DNA of 59,431 nt, taken from positions 1-59,431 of IMG/VR virus record IMGVR_UViG_3300014962_000006. The stretch is one strand, 5' to 3'. Below the pieces are notes generated by a model. That model had not been told where the DNA came from. It made no database searches and worked only from the letters and a program-made list of their open reading frames with translations. Each line of letters opens with the position of its first letter. The stretch's first letter is position 1. Below are positions 57,768 to 59,431 of this stretch, piece after piece. Position numbers and translations under genes: made by a program. The stretch comes from a virus (Duplodnaviria; Caudoviricetes).

Positions 57768-57992
57768 GTGCAAGATATCACAAACGCAGTTGACTTAGTA
57801 GAAAACAAAATTTACGAACACCTAGAATCTATAGACCAGTTAAAAAAAGAAAGACAAAAAATCCAGGCCACATGTCCCCATCCCCACGACCAACAAAAGC
57901 TAACACTTTCGAATGGCGGCCCATGGGACCACTACAAGTGTTTAGTTTGTTACAAACTTTATACGAAACCATCAAAGGCAAGTTTTGAGTAA
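57768..57992 (+). CDS. small Zn-finger-like protein
   Basis: SD AAGGAG; CPH...CLVC. Confidence 0.6.
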   Translation: MQDITNAVDLVENKIYEHLESIDQLKKERQKIQATCPHPHDQQKLTLSNGGPWDHYKCLVCYKLYTKPSKASFE

Positions 57993-57999
57993 CCGATAA
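57973..57999 (+). promoter_or_regulatory. possible sigma28 promoter
   Basis: CAAA(G)-N15-ACCGATAA. Confidence 0.45.
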
Positions 58000-58071
58000 C
58001 AAGCCGCGGTCATTCACCACTCGCTTTAGCTAGTGGGGGATGGCCGTACAACAGTAACAGGAGGGTATCAA

Positions 58072-58257
58072 GTGTTGTACCAGTGGGACTGCAAGAAGTG
58101 TGGGAAACAAGTGGACGTCATGAGGAAAGTCGCTGACCGCGATGTCCCTCCGGAGGAGGGGTGTGAGGTGTGCGGCTGCACGGATTTCATCCGTGTCGTG
58201 TCAGGTGGTACGGGGTTTAAACTATTAGGTGGAGGGTGGTTTCGGGATGGCTACTAA
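58072..58257 (+). CDS. FmdB-family zinc ribbon protein
   Basis: YQWDCKKCG...CEVCG...RVVS...F.L.GGGWF.DGY. Confidence 0.85.
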   Translation: MLYQWDCKKCGKQVDVMRKVADRDVPPEEGCEVCGCTDFIRVVSGGTGFKLLGGGWFRDGY

Positions 58258-58438
58258 TCTCTTTGAACTTAAGGCATTAATCGGACTGGGACTTATTGTT
58301 GGGTTGGGCGGTATCGCCCTCATCACCTACAAGCTACAGCAATTGATACGGGCTATCATAGATTTACACTCGGATATCAGTGTCATCCGACTAGACAATA
58401 GCCGGACAATGGCCGAGATTCGGAGACGGTACCGGTAG
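58247..58438 (+). CDS. small membrane protein
   Basis: Single TM helix. Confidence 0.55.
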   Translation: MATNLFELKALIGLGLIVGLGGIALITYKLQQLIRAIIDLHSDISVIRLDNSRTMAEIRRRYR

Positions 58439-58450
58439 CCGTATGTGCAA

Positions 58451-58477
58451 TTATCGGACATATAATCCGAAAGTTTA
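58451..58477 (-). promoter_or_regulatory. antisense-oriented sigma28-like promoter
   Basis: cTAAA-N15-TCCGATAA on the minus strand. Confidence 0.5.
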
Positions 58478-58525
58478 GTCTCTATATCCGAAAGTAGCGA
58501 TAACATTTAATACTTTGGTACCAAA

Positions 58526-59293
58526 ATGAAAGATAAACTTTATGGCTTGGACCTTTTTAGTGGCATCGGAGGAAATACCCTCGCCCTCAGAGAGTGGGTT
58601 AAAACCGTCGCTTATTGTGAAGCGAACCGACACGCTCAGTCTGTGCTCCTTTCACGGATGGGGGATGGAAGTATTGAGTCGGCACCAATTTGGGACGACA
58701 TCACGACACTCAAAGGAAGCATGTTTGATGTCCCCATTGACATCATCATTGCAGGATTCCCGTGTCAAGATATCAGCCTTGCAGGAAAGGGTGCAGGACT
58801 GGAAGGAAAGCGAAGCGGACTTTTTTTTGAAGTCATGCGCTTGGCCAGAGAAGTCAAGCCCACGTTCTTATTCCTTGAAAATGTCCCAGCAATCAGAACG
58901 CGGGGACTGGATACAGTTATCGAGGAACTTACCGAAGCAGGGTATGATAGTCGATGGTGTATGCTATCCGCTGCAAATATTGGTGCAAACCACAAAAGAG
59001 AAAGATGGTTTTTATTGGCCCACTCCAACCAGCAAAATGACAAACCGCAGTCGCGAGGCTTGGGAAAAACACCGAGCTCGCCCGAACAACAAGTCAGGGG
59101 GAATGGATTTATCGGTAGCGGTCCAAGAAATTCCAGACAATGGTGGACGGTTGAACCCAGTGTGGACCGAGTGGTTAATGGGCTTCCCTTTAGGATGGAC
59201 AGAATTGAGCGACTGGGCAATGCAGTGGTACCAGCCCAAGCCAAAGAAGCCTTTGAAATTCTAATTGGAATAAAAAAGTCATGGAACTCTTAA
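58526..59293 (+). CDS. dcm: C5 cytosine DNA methyltransferase (alpha frame; lacks motif IX)
   Basis: DLFSGIGG (I), AGFPCQD (IV), ENV (VI), HKRERWF (VIII), LGNAVVP (X). Confidence 0.92.
   Translation: MKDKLYGLDLFSGIGGNTLALREWVKTVAYCEANRHAQSVLLSRMGDGSIESAPIWDDITTLKGSMFDVPIDIIIAGFPCQDISLAGKGAGLEGKRSGLFFEVMRLAREVKPTFLFLENVPAIRTRGLDTVIEELTEAGYDSRWCMLSAANIGANHKRERWFLLAHSNQQNDKPQSRGLGKTPSSPEQQVRGNGFIGSGPRNSRQWWTVEPSVDRVVNGLPFRMDRIERLGNAVVPAQAKEAFEILIGIKKSWNS
58728..59264 (+). CDS. overlapping alternate-frame MTase beta subunit (TRD plus motif IX)
   Basis: Open frame 58542-59264; SD AAGGA before ATG 58728; WPTP and LNPVWTEWLMGFPLGWT. Confidence 0.7.
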   Translation: MSPLTSSLQDSRVKISALQERVQDWKESEADFFLKSCAWPEKSSPRSYSLKMSQQSERGDWIQLSRNLPKQGMIVDGVCYPLQILVQTTKEKDGFYWPTPTSKMTNRSREAWEKHRARPNNKSGGMDLSVAVQEIPDNGGRLNPVWTEWLMGFPLGWTELSDWAMQWYQPKPKKPLKF

Positions 59294-59431
59294 AGCATTT
59301 CCCGTACAAAGTGATACGGGACTTTCAAAAGGAAACACTGTCACTTCTCGAGGAGAAGTGGAACCAGTATGACGTCTTCGTTATCGTGGCGCCGACGGCC
59401 TTTGGTAAGAGTGCCATGGCGAAGACCCTGC
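59281..59431 (+). CDS. DinG-like helicase 5' part (continues at 85)
   Basis: MELLKHFPYKVIRDFQ Q-motif leading into APTAFGKS. Confidence 0.9.
   Translation, partial: MELLKHFPYKVIRDFQKETLSLLEEKWNQYDVFVIVAPTAFGKSAMAKTL

Noticed and set aside
1-59431. Alternative genetic code (TAG is frequent)
   Set aside because: Standard-code ORFs tile both arms densely with intact long genes

Overview
A circularly complete, ~59.3 kb tailed-phage genome. Bases 1-84 repeat at 59348-59431 with one mismatch, and the helicase gene runs across the join. It has two divergent arms. The minus arm (43.2 kb to 4.3 kb) is a podovirus-like virion module: TerS, TerL, portal, scaffold, capsid, three related fibre proteins, adaptor, a giant nozzle, five ejection-type proteins, an M15 peptidase and a Dps-like protein. 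The plus arm (43.7 kb across the join to 4.3 kb) carries many small early genes, an SLT, a signal-peptide ClpP-like protease, a Cas4-like nuclease, PolA (Leu762 type), a RuvC-like nuclease, a C5 methyltransferase, a DinG-like helicase, HNH nucleases and DUF5664. I recognised no primase, integrase, RNA polymerase or sigma factor. The strongest signal is regulatory. The early/replication arm is punctuated by near-consensus sigma28/FliA promoters (TAAA-N15/16-(G/T/C)CCGATA), whereas the virion arm uses sigma70 promoters. This suggests a phage programme coupled to the motile versus growth phase of a flagellated host, possibly a Bdellovibrionota predator (inference). Other signals: a dispersed family of covarying hairpins with fixed flanks, a strand-biased AGGTAAAGGC motif cluster, a Csr-sponge-like leader, long structured non-coding regions, a dual-coded two-frame methyltransferase, a defensin-like lipoprotein and apparent GATC avoidance. 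Product calls come from motif recognition by eye; no database search was run.
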